DNA of 63,925 nt, the filler included, from Folioceros fuciformis (Eukaryota): the NCBI GenBank assembly GCA_049999805.1. It is 8 parts of 8 records of this genome, joined end to end, with 100 filler letters (N's around TTAATTAATTAA, not from the genome) between each part and the next. Parts side by side here need not be neighbours in the genome. Positions count along the whole stretch, not along the records: positions 17,697 to 32,434 come from JBNGIO010005422.1; positions 32,535 to 41,595 come from JBNGIO010005425.1; 6 more parts are not named here. One strand, given 5' to 3'. Of the stretch, positions 23,282 to 36,195 are shown piece after piece. The notes under the pieces were generated by a model, which worked only from the letters and a program-made list of their open reading frames with translations, was not told where the DNA came from and made no database searches. A program made the translations under genes and the position numbers. The first letter of the stretch is position 1, and the number at the start of each line of letters is the position of its first letter.

Positions 23282-26200
23282 TTTTACAATAATAGTATCC
23301 CTAGCATTAGTTAGGGCACGGTTCACTTGACACGAAACGACATGCTACTAAGCGGTTGCGTTCGAAGGTACTGCTTTACTAGAACACATAACCTGTATAG
23401 ACCACAAACGTAATTGATTGTCTTGCTTGCACGCTAATTGGTCAGGGATGCATTGAACATTTTCATGGTATTAGAGCAGGCGCAATCGCGCACCTGCCAT
23501 CTTTGCCACTCAATCATGACAAATAAACCCAGCCATCATGCCTGGCTCTAAAAAGAAAGAGCAAAAGCTTAGAAGGGCAAACAGAGATGCCCAAAATCTG
23601 GAATTTCAAAGATTCCACATAGAACAGGCTTTTCTAAAGGAAGCCCACGAGGACCTGCCAGTCTACACATGGTCCAAAGTCTATGGCATTCTTCTCCTCT
23701 TAGGGGAAGAGATGCTATGAAGGGGATTTCTAGACCCTACAGAATACGATCTCTCCTACATTCAGGTTTCCTTCCTATTCATCAACAATGATCAATGAAT
23801 ACACCACATCCTTCGATGTGGTCATCCCCTGCAGCGCCGACTACATCAAACAAAGGATTCACATCTATCTAGACACCTTATCTAGAAAGAACATTTTCTT
23901 TAGGAATCCTCCACAACTTGAAATTGGAGGGTTAGAGATATCAGTAATCCACAAAATTAACCAACTGCAAAATCTTAGAAACACCAACGAACCCAAAACA
24001 GTGAGAGTTCTACTCACCATGCACCTGGACACTACTTGCCTCCTAAGGAACTCTATCTTCGAGACATAAGCTAATAGCAAACAGCCACGCACGTTAGCAT
24101 CTGCCCGCACACACACACAACAGAAATAACCAACACAAAATGGCAGCCTCCAATATCTCACTGTCCAAGGAGGACAGATTTGATGGGCAGCAACATAGCT
24201 CCCCCACATGGAAGTTCAGAATCACAAATATCCTCAAAGAGAGGAAGCTCTGGGAGTTCGTAGGAGGAGTCGGGTCACCACCTATGATCAGAGCACGCCC
24301 CTCAGGTCCCAACGCCACAGATGCTCAAAAGGAAGCGTGGGATGACAAAAACCAGCAAGCGAGGAACGTCATCATGCAAGGCATGAAATCAGGAAACGTA
24401 TAGCAGTTGGAAGGGACAGAAACAGCCGCGCAGGCATGGCAATAGCTCCACGACGTATACGCTGCAACATACATCATGCACACAATCCACACTATCAAAA
24501 ACCATTTCTCTGTAAGAATGTTAGAAACTGACCAAGTGGATGCACATACTATGCTATTTAGCAGCTGAAATGCTAAGTTCCAATCATGCGGCTTCACCAT
24601 CTCTGAAGATTTAATGGCAACAATACTGCTGTCCACTCTACCTGAATCATGGACCTCTTTAGTCCAGTCCCTACAAGGTGCAGCCCCACTCATGGTTAAC
24701 AAAGTGATCAGTGCAATGTTGACAGAAGAAGCAAGGAGAAAAGTCTTCGCTACCTCCTTCGGCAGAGAATCGTCAAGTGCAGCCTACTTCACAGGTAGAG
24801 GTAGAGCTCGAGGTCGTGGCCGGCCCAGCTATAGAGGCCAACACCAACATAGGGGCAGAGGTTCTTATTCTAGAGGACGTGGCAGCTTCAACCCAAGTTG
24901 GAGAAAAATATGCGGCTACTACAAGATTCCGGGCCACACTTATAAGGAGTGCCGGAAACACATGGCAAACAACAATCAAAGAAGAGATAGAGGAGAAACA
25001 TATGGCCAGTTAGCTTTAACCATGAAAAGACATTCAAAGGCATTCCTATGCCTACAAAACACCAGGTCAGACTCATCACCATCAGCCCTAGTTGCCTCAT
25101 GCCTAATTGCTCAAGGCCAGCACTCCTAGTACATAGACTCTAGGGCGTCACAGCATATGACCCCACATCGAGAATACTTCAAAGACTTCACACCCTCTAA
25201 GCCTCCTCATTTCGTCAGCCTAGGTGATGACACAAGGCACACCATAGAAGGACACGGATCAGTAGACTTAAACCTAAAGCACACTCTAAATTTCAGACGT
25301 CCTACTCGTTCTAGGACTAACCAAAAACCTATTTTCAGTCCGTAAAATTGATGAATCTGGCTGCTATGTGTGTTTTGGACAAGGCTACTGCATTGTGGAG
25401 ACACCTCAAGGAGAGCTAATCACCACTAGAGACCTCAAGAACGATAACCTGTATCATCTCAACATGAATAGAAGTCATAACCCTATTCTTTCATTATTTG
25501 CCGCAGCCAAGCACAACAAATCATATTTATGGCATGCAAGACTTGGCCATATGGGAGTACAAAGGATGAAACAAATGCTTACAGCAGGTGCAGCTAAAGG
25601 CATTACACTCACCAATGTGGAGGAGTTCGGCATCTGTGAGGCATGCCCACTTGGGAAGAGCCACCGTACTCCTTTCCGTAAATCCACCAGCAGATCCACA
25701 AGACGACTTGAGTTAGCACACTCAGACATTTGTGGACCCTTCAAGAGATCCATTCACGGATACTTATATTTCATGTTGGTCATAGACGACATGAGCAGGT
25801 TCACAGTCCTGTATCTGTTAAAGCACAAATCTCAAGCCCTCACCTGCTTCCAAGAATACACAGTTTGGGCTGAAACGCCTACAATAGAGAAACTCCTAAC
25901 ACTCCGTTCAGATGGAGGAGGAGAATATGGATCCAATGCCTTCCTGCCTTTCTGCAAGACACACGGCATTAATAGACAAGTGACCACACCTCACACCTTT
26001 CAGTAGAATGGGGTGTCAGAACGTATGAACAGAACAGTCCAAGATTATGGACTGACCATGCTGATCCATGCCAACCTGCCCAAGACATATAGGCCAGAAG
26101 CAATGGCCCATGCAGTTTACCTCATCAACAGATCTGTAACGGCTGCTTTGCCACAACAAACTCCTTACGAAGCATGGACGGGTCACAAGCCTGATCTATC

Positions 26201-28827
26201 CAACCTCAGAGTGTTCGGCTCTCCCGTGTATGCACATGTACCTAAAGCCACAAGAACCAAGTTAGAGGATCGTGCAAGTAAACACATCTTTATCCGCTTC
26301 ACCAACAACGTCAAGGGCTTCAAAATCATGCACCCATAGACTCACAAAGTGACCCATTCACGAAATGTCACTTTTTTAGAAGATATGCAGGGCTCAGGTG
26401 CAGTGGGAGCATCCAACCTTCCTATAGATCATGCAGACAGCGACGACGACATTTCCATGGGAACAGCTCCTCCTGCACAACCCACACCACAGACAAATCA
26501 GGCACAACCTGTCCAACCTGCAGCACAACAGCCTACCCAACCAGTTCCCAATCTCCATCACCAACTCGTACCTACAGACTCTTTCACCTTCGGCGATTTC
26601 GACGAGGAGGAGCTCGCCTCCTCAACTGCATCGCAGCCTGCGGCCTCTAGCCTCAGCCATCGCCCACAATCTGCAGGAGGAGACAACAGTGCGGAGGACG
26701 ACCCCTTTGGCATTGGCAGCCCGGAGGACCAAAACCTCCATCCTCAGCACTAGAGCGTGAAGATGGACGCATCTTCCCGCTCTCAATGCAAAGGTGTTTC
26801 AAGCTCAGGACACAGCACTCATTTCAGGCCACACAACTCACAAGAGGAGGATAACACACACGCGGATATGAGGCCCGGCAAACGATCACAACGTACGGGT
26901 GCAGGTACCATACAGAGGTTTTTCTCCATCCAATTGGAGGGACCCTAAAATGAATTGAGCTCATTGCTTATCTGCGGCTATTAATCAATTTGTACCTGCA
27001 ACTTATCATGAGGCTATTACATGTCCAGAAAGCGAAAATTGGAAAATTACTATTTAATCAAAACTGGACTCACTTAGGGCTAACAAAACTTGGACTCTCA
27101 CCACTTTACCTCTAGACAGAAAATTAGTGGGCTCGAAATGGACATTTAAGATCAAGCTAAANNNNNNNNNNGACAGAAAATTAGTGGGCTCGAAATGGAC
27201 ATTTAAGATCAAGCTAAACGCTAACGGCAGCATAGAGAGGTATGAGGCAAGGTTAGTAGCTAAGGGCTATTCTCAACAACACAGGTTTGACTATGATGAA
27301 ACGTTCAGCCCGGTACTCAAGATTACATCACTTAGGACCCTTATAGCATTAGCCTCTCACCATGATTATGAGCTCATGCAACTGGATATAAAAACTGCCT
27401 TCTTATATGGCGACCTACAACACACTATATATATGGAGATACCCGAGGGGATTAAGGTCAACAGATGACTATACAATGCATGCAAATTATTGAAAGTACT
27501 TTATGGACTCAAAAAAAGTGCTATGGAGTGGTACTCTAAGTTAGATGAAACCTTAGAGGCCTTAGGGTTTACCAAACTAGACTCCGATAGCAACATCTAT
27601 ATTAGAAAATCAGATGGTTGTTTTATTCTACTTGTTGTATATGTAGACGATATTGTTCTAATGTCTAACTCCAAACCCATGCTAGAAGAGACTAGGTCAA
27701 TGCTTTCAAAGCATTTTGCTATGGCCACTTGCAAGGATTTATCTTATTGTTTAGGCATTCAAATAGTTAGACACAGAGAGTCTAGAAGTATATTTATACA
27801 TTAATCTAAATATATTCAAGAAGTTTTAACTAAGTACAAGATGCAAGACTCTAAGCCTATATCCACACCAATGGAAGTTAACCTTAAGCTGATTAAAGGC
27901 AGATCGAGACTCAACTCGAGATCCTGAGACAAATGGGGTACCCTACTCTTTAGCAGTTGGAGGCCTTATGTACTTAATCGTTTGCACTAAACCAGACTTT
28001 GCTTTTCCAGTGGGAGCACTCTCTCAGTTTTTATCATCTCCCACACAAGAACATTGGAAGGCTATTAAGCGCATATTTAGATATCTTAGATCTACTTCGG
28101 ATATGGGACTCCTATACCAGTCCTCTGCTAAGCAAGATGAGCACAAAGTAGCTATGTGTATTTGCTCAGAGGCATAGCCACGAGTTGGAGCAGCAAGCGG
28201 CAAGAGGTGATTGCTCTAAGCTCCGTGGAAGCAGAATATTGCTCCTTGACACATGCTAGCAAAGAAGGACTATGGCAACTCCTACAACTATCGGAATTAG
28301 GAGAAGCTCAACATCTTCCAAGACCCCTTTACTGTGACAACCACGGAGCTATCTCGCTTACCTATAGCCCTAAGTACCATGCGCATACTAAACACATAGA
28401 GGTAAAATTTCATTTTATCTGGAAAGTAGTAAAGGACAGAAAATTTGAAGTCCTGTATTGGCTGACCGAACAAATGACAGCTGATATCCTTACCAAAGCC
28501 CTCAGCTTAGCCAAACACCAGCAGCACTGCGCATCAATGGGCTTAAGAAGACTATCTCAAGCTTTTTTTTTGCAATAATTATTCTCATGTATTCTAAATA
28601 TAAGTCCTAAGTCTAATGCTAGGTCACTAAGTGGGAGTGTTACAATAATAGTATCCCTAGCATTAGTTAGGGCACGGTTCACTTGACACGAAAGGACATG
28701 CTACTAAGCGGTTGCGTTTGAAGGCACCGCTTTACCAGAACACATAACCTGTACATGTACAGACCACGAACGTAATTGATTCTCTTGCTTGCACCCTGAC
28801 CGATCAGGGATGCATTGAACATTTTCA
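23282..28827 (+). mobile_element. Full-length, decayed Ty1/Copia LTR retrotransposon (5546 bp)
   Basis: 5' LTR 23282-23465 and 3' LTR 28638-28827 (about 14 substitutions plus a 6-bp indel by eye). TSD CTCCA at 23277-23281 and 28828-28832. PBS TGGTATTAGAGC 23466-23477; PPT AAGTGGGAG 28629-28637. Order gag (24140)-PR (~25130)-INT (HARLGH, CEAC, SDICGP, RSDGGGEY)-RT (YVDD)-RH (TKHIEV), with many stops and frameshifts. Confidence 0.97.
23538..24069 (+). pseudogene. Extra ORF (broken) between PBS and gag of the Copia element
   Basis: ORFs 23538-23720 and 23788-24069 can be joined across one TGA and one frameshift into ~175 codons, ending 70 nt before the gag ATG. No recognised domain. Confidence 0.45.
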
Positions 28828-29609
28828 CTCCAGGTGCTGCACACTTCAGGTGTTTCCCAAAGAGTGGCCAACTCCATGGACATGAGTTCTCATCCCACAT
28901 TCCCGCTTACATGTTTGACTACCTGGAGAAATCCTGGTGCAGCCATTTGCACGGGCAGGGTGACTTCCCTTCCCTTCTTCACATACAGGCAACCGCGACT
29001 AGTCCTTCCATGACCGTCTACCAGCATGTGCAGACATCGCTTACCTAGATAGGAATAAGCATCTGCGCCATCTGCCCCTGGCTGATGGCGATGAGGCACG
29101 TCATCAGCTCAAAGTGCTCTCGCAACTGAATTGGAGCCGTGTGCTTGTGGAGGAGGAGCAAACCGAGGTTATTTCTGTGAAAGAGCCGCTGCAATTCAAT
29201 CACAATCCAGTTCAAGGAAACAGTTAGGCGGCAATGGAGGAAGCTGTTCGCTCTTTTCTTAGAGTAGAAAGAAGCCGTAAGCGCCCCCTGAAGATGAAGG
29301 ACTAGTAGCAGAAGGGCACTTGACCCACTTCTGGCCTGGCACTGATCGGTTCATTGATGTGCATCGTGAATCCTTGAGCGTAAAGTATGGCATAAAAGGA
29401 TGTTGTGTTGTGTTGATTGAACCAGTTTTGATAATAACGAAGTCGCCCTTTGAACCCGGTGTGGCCTAGGGTGGAACAGTGGAGAAGTATGGTGCGGTGC
29501 ACTATGGTGGAAGGGTGTGGCCGTATACGTAGGAGTGTTGTAGAGCATGGTGTAGAATTGCTTGTAGGAATGGTATACTGGATGAAAGTGGTATACCGAC
29601 ATGATGGAG

Positions 29610-31870
29610 CTAGCAAGTAAGGTTTAGGGTTTAGTGGCAAGGCAAAGCGGAATGAGTTTGGTGTTTAGTAAAATGGCATAGCAAAATGAGATTAGGGTTT
29701 AGTGGCATGGCAGAGCAACAAGGGTTTACAGTTTACAAGCATGGCAGCAGCAGAATGGATTTAGGGCATGGCGGGGGAGAATGGATGTAGGGTTTAGAGG
29801 CATTGCGGAGAAAAATAGGTTTAGGATTTAGCGACATGATGGAGCAGAATAGGGTTAGGGTTTAGGCACATGGCAGAGTGGAGTGTTGTCAAGCCATGTT
29901 GATTAATTAGGGTATCCAATTAATCAAATAGATATAATTAGGCTAATCGTATGTAATTAGTCTAACTATATGATTAGGTAGATGAGGGATAGCCAGGTAG
30001 GGAACGTGTGACCCGTTTAGGGTTTAGAACCATCATTGTGTGAAATGGTGGAGAGGTTTCGAGCGTGGGCGGCATGGCGACGATGAGGGAGAGGAGGACT
30101 GGGGGTAACGGCCAAGAGCAGCGTGACAGACAAGTGCCGACCTTCTAGGCTCAGTCCCGCAATTGTTAGAAGTTCTCTCGTTGAGCCTAAGCCTGCGGTC
30201 AAGGTAGCTAGCCAAGGAACTGCTTGTGAATCCACTGCTAAAAAATAAGAGTGAAAGCATTGGTGGGTTGCATTGTGGTGTGAGCATGTGTGAGCGTGCC
30301 ACGCCGGGGCTAGGTGGTGAACTTACCACGACTCGCAAACCTAGCCGCTGTGCTTGCAAGATCGAGATCTGGCTCACAAACCCCGGAGCTCAGGCAAGCA
30401 AGTTCACAAGCGTCGTGGTGCTCCGTCACGGGCATCAGCATGACGTCGGTGGATGGCAGTGCTGGCCGGTGAGCTGAGGCACTCAGCTCAAGTGTCAGGG
30501 AATTCTAGCAAGCTGTGGTGTCCCGTCGCGGGCATCGGGGTAGCGCCAGTGCTGGACAGTGAGCTGAGGCACTCATCTCAAGCGCCAGAGGAATCCCACT
30601 GACCTGTGGTGTCCTGTGACAAGCATCGGGGTAGAGCTAGCGCTGGACAGTGAGCTGAGGCACTCAGCTCAAGCGCTAGAGGAATCCCAGCAAGCTGTGT
30701 GACCCATCGCGGGTACCAGGGCAGTGTCGGTGCATGGAGGTGCTCACCAGCGGGCTGGTGGACAACGGCGGATGGACGTGTGTGTGAGTGCCAGAAGCCG
30801 GGAGGGAGAGACTCAGTGAGTGCAAGCTGAGACTGTCCATGGACTCGAACCGAACCGACTGTGGGGAAGGCTGCTCACGGAGCTGAGGAGGTGACTGTAC
30901 AGTCTGTGATTTGCAGGTGAAGGACACCCAGGTGAGCCCGAACCTGTCTAGTCCTGAGCTGAAGCCGGGGATCGATAGATCGTCTGTGTGCACGCAAGGC
31001 CATCGTCATTGCTTTCGGGACTGAGAGCCGGGGATTGACAGATCGTCTATGTGCACGCAAGGTCATCGTCACTACTTTTGGATGCAATGCCAGGATCATG
31101 ACACCGTGCTTGGATTTCGACGGGGTGCTTGGATTGTGATAGTGTGTGTGGCTCGTGGCGTGGTGCCTGGATCGTGAAGCTGTGCTTGGACTGTGACGCT
31201 ATGCCTGGATCTCAACACTGAGCCTGGATCGTAGCGCTGGCTTGGCCTGGGCAGGCTGTGAGCAGGGGAGAGGACTTGAGCCACGGACAAAGCTGTGAGG
31301 GCAGGGCCAAGCACTGCCAACACTGTTTGTGGAGGACACCAGTAGGGTCAGAATCAACACTTGCGAGGCTTTCGTGGGGACACCGACATAGGCAGTAATG
31401 TGTGTTGGACGATTGAGGGTCAGTCAGTTGATGCAGACAACTGCTCTGGTTGGACGTCACTGGAACATGTCGTGAGGCTGTGTGATGAAGTTTTTGTATG
31501 AGATGCCGGATCAGGGCTGGCAAGGACTACTATTTTGTTTTTGATGGACGTTCCATTTGCCTTACGGTCACGTTTATGACCACTAGACTAGCTAGAAAGT
31601 GAGTGCTTAGAATTTAGCTCATTCATACAATCCTGGTGATTGTTAGTCAACTGATCAGGCTAACACTGTTTAGCATGACAGTGTGTTTAGGGTGTAGCGA
31701 CATGGTGGAGAAAAATGGATTAGGGTTTTATCAGCATTACGGAGCAAAAATGGGTTTAGGGTTTAGTGACATGACAGAGCTGAATAGGTTTAGAGTTTAG
31801 TTACACGATGGAGAAAAGTGGGTTTAGCGTTTTGTAAACATTGTGGAGCAAAATGGGTCTGGGGTTGAGT
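29610..31870 (+). repeat. Telomere-motif minisatellite (~31-bp CATGGCAGAGCAGAATGGGTTTAGGGTTTAG-like units), split by a solo LTR
   Basis: GGTTTAGGGTTTAG-containing units at 29620-29880 resume at 31685-31870. Confidence 0.75.
29887..31680. mobile_element. Probable solo LTR (1794 bp)
   Basis: Termini TGTCAAGC...GCATGACA (7/8 inverted match), flanked by a 4-bp direct repeat GTGT (29883-29886 and 31681-31684). Removing it restores the minisatellite. Contains a ~90-bp internal tandem repeat (30469, 30559, 30650). Confidence 0.7.
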
Positions 31871-32057
31871 AGAAAGATTCAGATAGAAATAGTCTAGTCT
31901 AGCAGCAGCATATATATAATAGACCTGTAAATAAAACCATACGTAAATAACTACAAACAATATATCCAAAGACTTGAAACCCTAACTGCCGGGTGTACAT
32001 AAGGTGCCCGTGCATCTAATGAAATGCTTTTTCTCTCTCCTTTCAAAGATTTCTCTT

Positions 32058-32069
32058 TGGTATCAGAGC
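32058..32069 (+). other. Orphan tRNA-iMet primer-binding site (TGGTATCAGAGC)
   Basis: Perfect 12-mer, but no clear CA-ended LTR upstream. Downstream sequence is cut by the spacer. Confidence 0.4.
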
Positions 32070-33045
32070 AAGGCTCTCACGAGATCGTGCACCCACACAC
32101 TCAAATCCGGATGTAGCATGGCCAGATCCAAACCTGCCTAGCCACGCTGTGCACGGACACATGCACGTGCGCCAGACCCACACGCGTGCGCTCGTTCTTG
32201 GCGCCGCGAGCCCGTTTTTAAGAGGCGCCAGCAACGAAAGGGTGCATGTTCCGCTGGATTGCCCACAGATCTGAGCGCGTGGACATAATCAGATGGTCGC
32301 CTGGTGTGCGCGCAGCCAGATCCATGAGCGCGCCCCGGTTGCACGCCTGCAGATTAGCGCGGCAACGCCAAGGGTTTTGCAACTATGCTAGCATGCACGC
32401 TAGCAATCCGTTGAGCGCGCATGTGATTTGACAGNNNNNNNNNNNNNNNNNNNNNNNNNNNNNNNNNNNNNNNNNNNNTTAATTAATTAANNNNNNNNNN
32501 NNNNNNNNNNNNNNNNNNNNNNNNNNNNNNNNNNTGCAATTGCCGGGCCCTGGACGGTCTAGCCGACCAGAACTCTGAGACGATTCCTGCGTTGCGTCTC
32601 AACCCCCAGACATCACTCCACCAAACAAACTCCGAGTCGTACAAAACGACCTGCGTCTCCCTATGCATCATCACACACGTCCTCCCCCTTCACATTCTTC
32701 TGCCGCTTAACCTCCCGTGGTCTCCAGGAGCGGCCGCTGCCTACCCTCACGGATCCCGAGCCCATGCCGGCGGGCGGCAACGCTCGGAATCCGCCGATTC
32801 CTGTGATGACAAATCTGGCGCACCCGCCACGGGGCGGGCTCTCTCGTGAACGGTCCCCACCGGAACAACGTACCGCAACTTGGTCTTCCTTCGGAATGAA
32901 GGAAACTTCGGCTTCGTGAAGAGACATCTGCCGGGCAGGAGCTAATGGTACACACGAAGTAATGAGGCACATAACTCGAGGCTAGTGTTAATGGTACATA
33001 NNNNNNNNNNAATGGTACATACGAAGTAATGAGGCACATAACTCG

Positions 33046-33888
33046 AGGCTAGTGTTAGGGTCTTAAGGATATAGAGTGATACACATAGACAGAGGGAGAG
33101 AAGTCTAGCTTTGAGGCATAGCTGTGGAGGGCTTGAAGAGCAAGCTGGTCAGATTGAGTCTAGGGCAGTAGCCAGTGGGGCGTAGATCGCCAGATTCTTT
33201 TGTAAGTATCTGGAATAAAGAGCAGCACCTAGAGGAGGTGGTCTGCGAGTCGTCAGTGGACGGCGGGCTACTGGAGTTTAGTGCTGAGTCGTGAGAGAGG
33301 GAGCGTGTGATTTTTAAGTGGAGCGCTACGGAGTGAATAGACGAGATTCGAGGCCGATGCTTCCTTTTATGCTGCATAAGGAAGTGGGCGTTACTCTTTT
33401 CCTTCCAAGGTTTGTAGGACAGGTTGTCAAAGGAAAACAGAGCTTTTCCGAGACCTGGGACTGCCATTGACTGACATCGCGTCTCGGTCATTGCATCCAG
33501 CCTGTGCTTTCTGTTACTGACGATCACGCCAATGCGGTTGTCACTTGCTTGTAGTGAAGTAGCTCGCAGCTATTCGTGCGAGACGCACGACTGGAGTGAT
33601 CCAAATCATCCAGGTGACGACATACCATCGGGGTGACCATGCCGTCTGGTCACCCGGCGGCAGATGGGCAGGAGCTATTGGTACACACGAAGTAATTAGG
33701 CACATAACTCGAGGCCGACGCAAATGGTTTTGCCTTCGGCATCCCATATGTCATGGGGCCATGCCCACTCACACCCACTGCGCATGTCCACACCATCCGC
33801 ACACTTTACCGTTGGACGACAACAACTTGTCGCACCCGTTTAGACGCCCGCTCTGCCAAACTTCATCCCTAAGTTGTGCCAGGGCATA
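33046..33888 (+). mobile_element. Partial LTR of the Gypsy family at 36196-41366, in inverted orientation
   Basis: Reverse complement of 36196-37046; mirror ORFs are shared (33105-33527 with 36540-36755, 33541-33747 with 36320-36526). Lacks the U3 part up to the TATA box. Confidence 0.9.
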
Positions 33889-34199
33889 GTTGTTCCAGGA
33901 AAACGAAAACGGGCGGGCAAAACGCTTTGGCGTCACATCAAGCTAGCAATTAGCCTTGCTGATCACGCTATGGGAAGTGGTATGATGGTCCTTGTAGGTG
34001 CAAGAGGCGTGTGCGTACAGGAAGTGCTGCGATGGATTGATTAGGTGTGGGGGGCTTGTAGTTCATCTCGTCATTAAAGTGTAAGTTTTCAATTCCTCTG
34101 ATTGATTCACAACAGTTGTGATTGTTCGTAGACATCATTAGCCTAATCTCAGGCCGATTAAGCATTTTGACGTCAAGTGTCACATCATGCTACCTTTGT

Positions 34200-34510
34200 A
34201 GATGGCAAGGTTTCCTTATGAGATCAAGACTCCACTGCCAGGCTTTATGAGATCCAGGCTTTTTCAACAGAACTGGCTTGGAATGGCTGGACACCATAAA
34301 TGTAGTCCGTAAAATTGTAATGGAGGTGAAGACTTCTTACATTCCATGGGAAAGGGTTTCAAACTTCTTGATAGGTGAGGAGCAAAATCCAATTTTTCCA
34401 ACCAGTCTTGTGAAACGCTGCATGCGGTCCAGGGCAGAGGCATATAAGTGTAATGTCCTGTCACCAACCACACCAAAAAAATACATAAAGTATTATTGTG
34501 CATATCGTTC
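34200..34510 (+). pseudogene. N-terminal fragment of a SWIM/MULE-transposase-related protein (At4g13970-like family)
   Basis: DPGFFNRTGLEW...SYIPWERVSNFLIGEEQNPIFPTSL...KYIKYYCAY resembles the family pattern IPxxRVxDFxxGE...PxxF...YWCSFGP (recalled, not searched). Confidence 0.55.
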
Positions 34511-34760
34511 CATATCTGACAACCATATTTCCAAAGTGATGTACCCTTGGTGGACATGACTAAGACATGGAAGTCAAAGGAGCAAGGTGACTTGTGGAGA
34601 GAGCAGGAAAGTAGGTTGTGAGTTTCTGGTTGCCATTACTCAATTGGAGTTGTTTCAAGATATTGCTCAAATTCGTTTTGATCAGTAGCATGACGTGAAT
34701 GCCTATGGTGACTTTAAGTAGATTAAGTAGAAGTGCCAATCCTTCCCGATTGTGCAAAGG

Positions 34761-35660
34761 TTGGCCACATTTTTTGTCTTTGCTCAGTCACTTGCAAACA
34801 CGATTGTCGAAATCCATCTTACAACCAAAACTTTGTTGTTTGGGGTCCAAAACACAATACAGACATATCATTCTGTAATCCCTGCATAGACCTTCAATTC
34901 AAGACACTGGGCACAAAAATACGGCAACTGTACATGCAAAAATCAGCAAAAACCTCCTACTGCATTCTCGTTTTTGTGCATCCATTTTTTGAGCAGTAGC
35001 ATNNNNNNNNNNNNNNNNNNNNNNNNNNNNNNNNNNNNNNNNNNNNNNNNNNNNNNNNNNNNNNNNNNNNNNNNNNNNNNNNNNNNNNNNNNNNNNNNNN
35101 NNTGGCCACATTTTTTGTCTTTGCTCAGTCACTTGCAAACGCAATTGTCGAAATCCATCTTACAACCAAAACTCCGTTGTTTGGGGTCCAAAACACAATA
35201 CAGACATATCATTCTATAATCCCTTGCATAGACCTTCAATTCAAGACACTAGGCACAAAAATACAGCAACTGTACATGCAAAAATCAGCAAAAACCTCTT
35301 GTTGCATTCTCGTTTTTGTGCATCCATTTTTTGATGATACCGCAAGCATTTGGATGCCAAACCAAAGTACAGACATATCATTCTGTAGCCCGTGCAGAGA
35401 GCTTTGATTCAAGATATTGGCCAGGGCATTCTGCAAATAGTGCATGAAGCGATCTGATAAAAAAGTTCTGCTGCAATCTTGTTGTTATGCATTTGTTTCT
35501 CAATGATGCCACAAGCATTTGGATGCCAAACCAATGTACAGACATATTATTCTATAGCCGATGCAGAGAGCTTCGATTCCAGATATTGGCCAGGTCATTT
35601 TGCAAATAGTGCATGAAGCGATTTGGAAGAAACGTTCTGCTGCAATCTTGTTGTTATAGA
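34761..35660 (+). repeat. Nested tandem duplications (34761-34990 ~ 35103-35330; 35335-35490 ~ 35503-35660)
   Basis: Near-identical blocks beginning TGGCCACATTTTTTGTCTTTGCTCAG and CAAGCATTTGGATGCCAAACC. Confidence 0.8.
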
Positions 35661-36195
35661 TCCATTTTCCACCCATTGTTGGGGAGTTTGATGGCCGTTT
35701 TCGGCCAGACAAACCCTCAATGATTCGCCTTCAGATGAGCTGTGAAACTAGACACCAAACATCAGCCAAGAATTTGACGGGAGCAAGCTTTCTCCCCAAA
35801 GGGTTAAGGCAAAATGAAAACGTGGAAAGGCTGTGTGAATGAACAACCATACACTACCATTGTGCAGGTGCTACCATTGTGCAAGCGTTGTGTATTGGAT
35901 CNNNNNNNNNNNNNNNNNNNNNNNNNNNNNNNNNNNNNNNNNNNNNNNNNNNNNNNNNNNNNNNNNNNNNNNNNNNNNNNNNNNNNNNNNNNNNNNNNNN
36001 NTTGTGCAGGTGCTACCATTGTGCAAGCGTTGTGTATTGGATCACACTGCGATTGTGCACGAAACCTACTTTCTGTCTCAATCCTGAGCCCCTTGAGTCC
36101 GTTGGCTGGAGGCGGGCGCAAGAAACACCAGAGCCCTGTAATGGATACTAAGGGTCTTCGATGTTTCGAAACAAAACTAATCCCCCTGGCATAAG

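Noticed and set aside
27115-27217. Duplicated RT segment in the Copia element
   Set aside because: Identical sequence on both sides of a 10-N gap, typical of an unmerged contig overlap. The same caution applies at 10832, 33001, 48097 and 60762.
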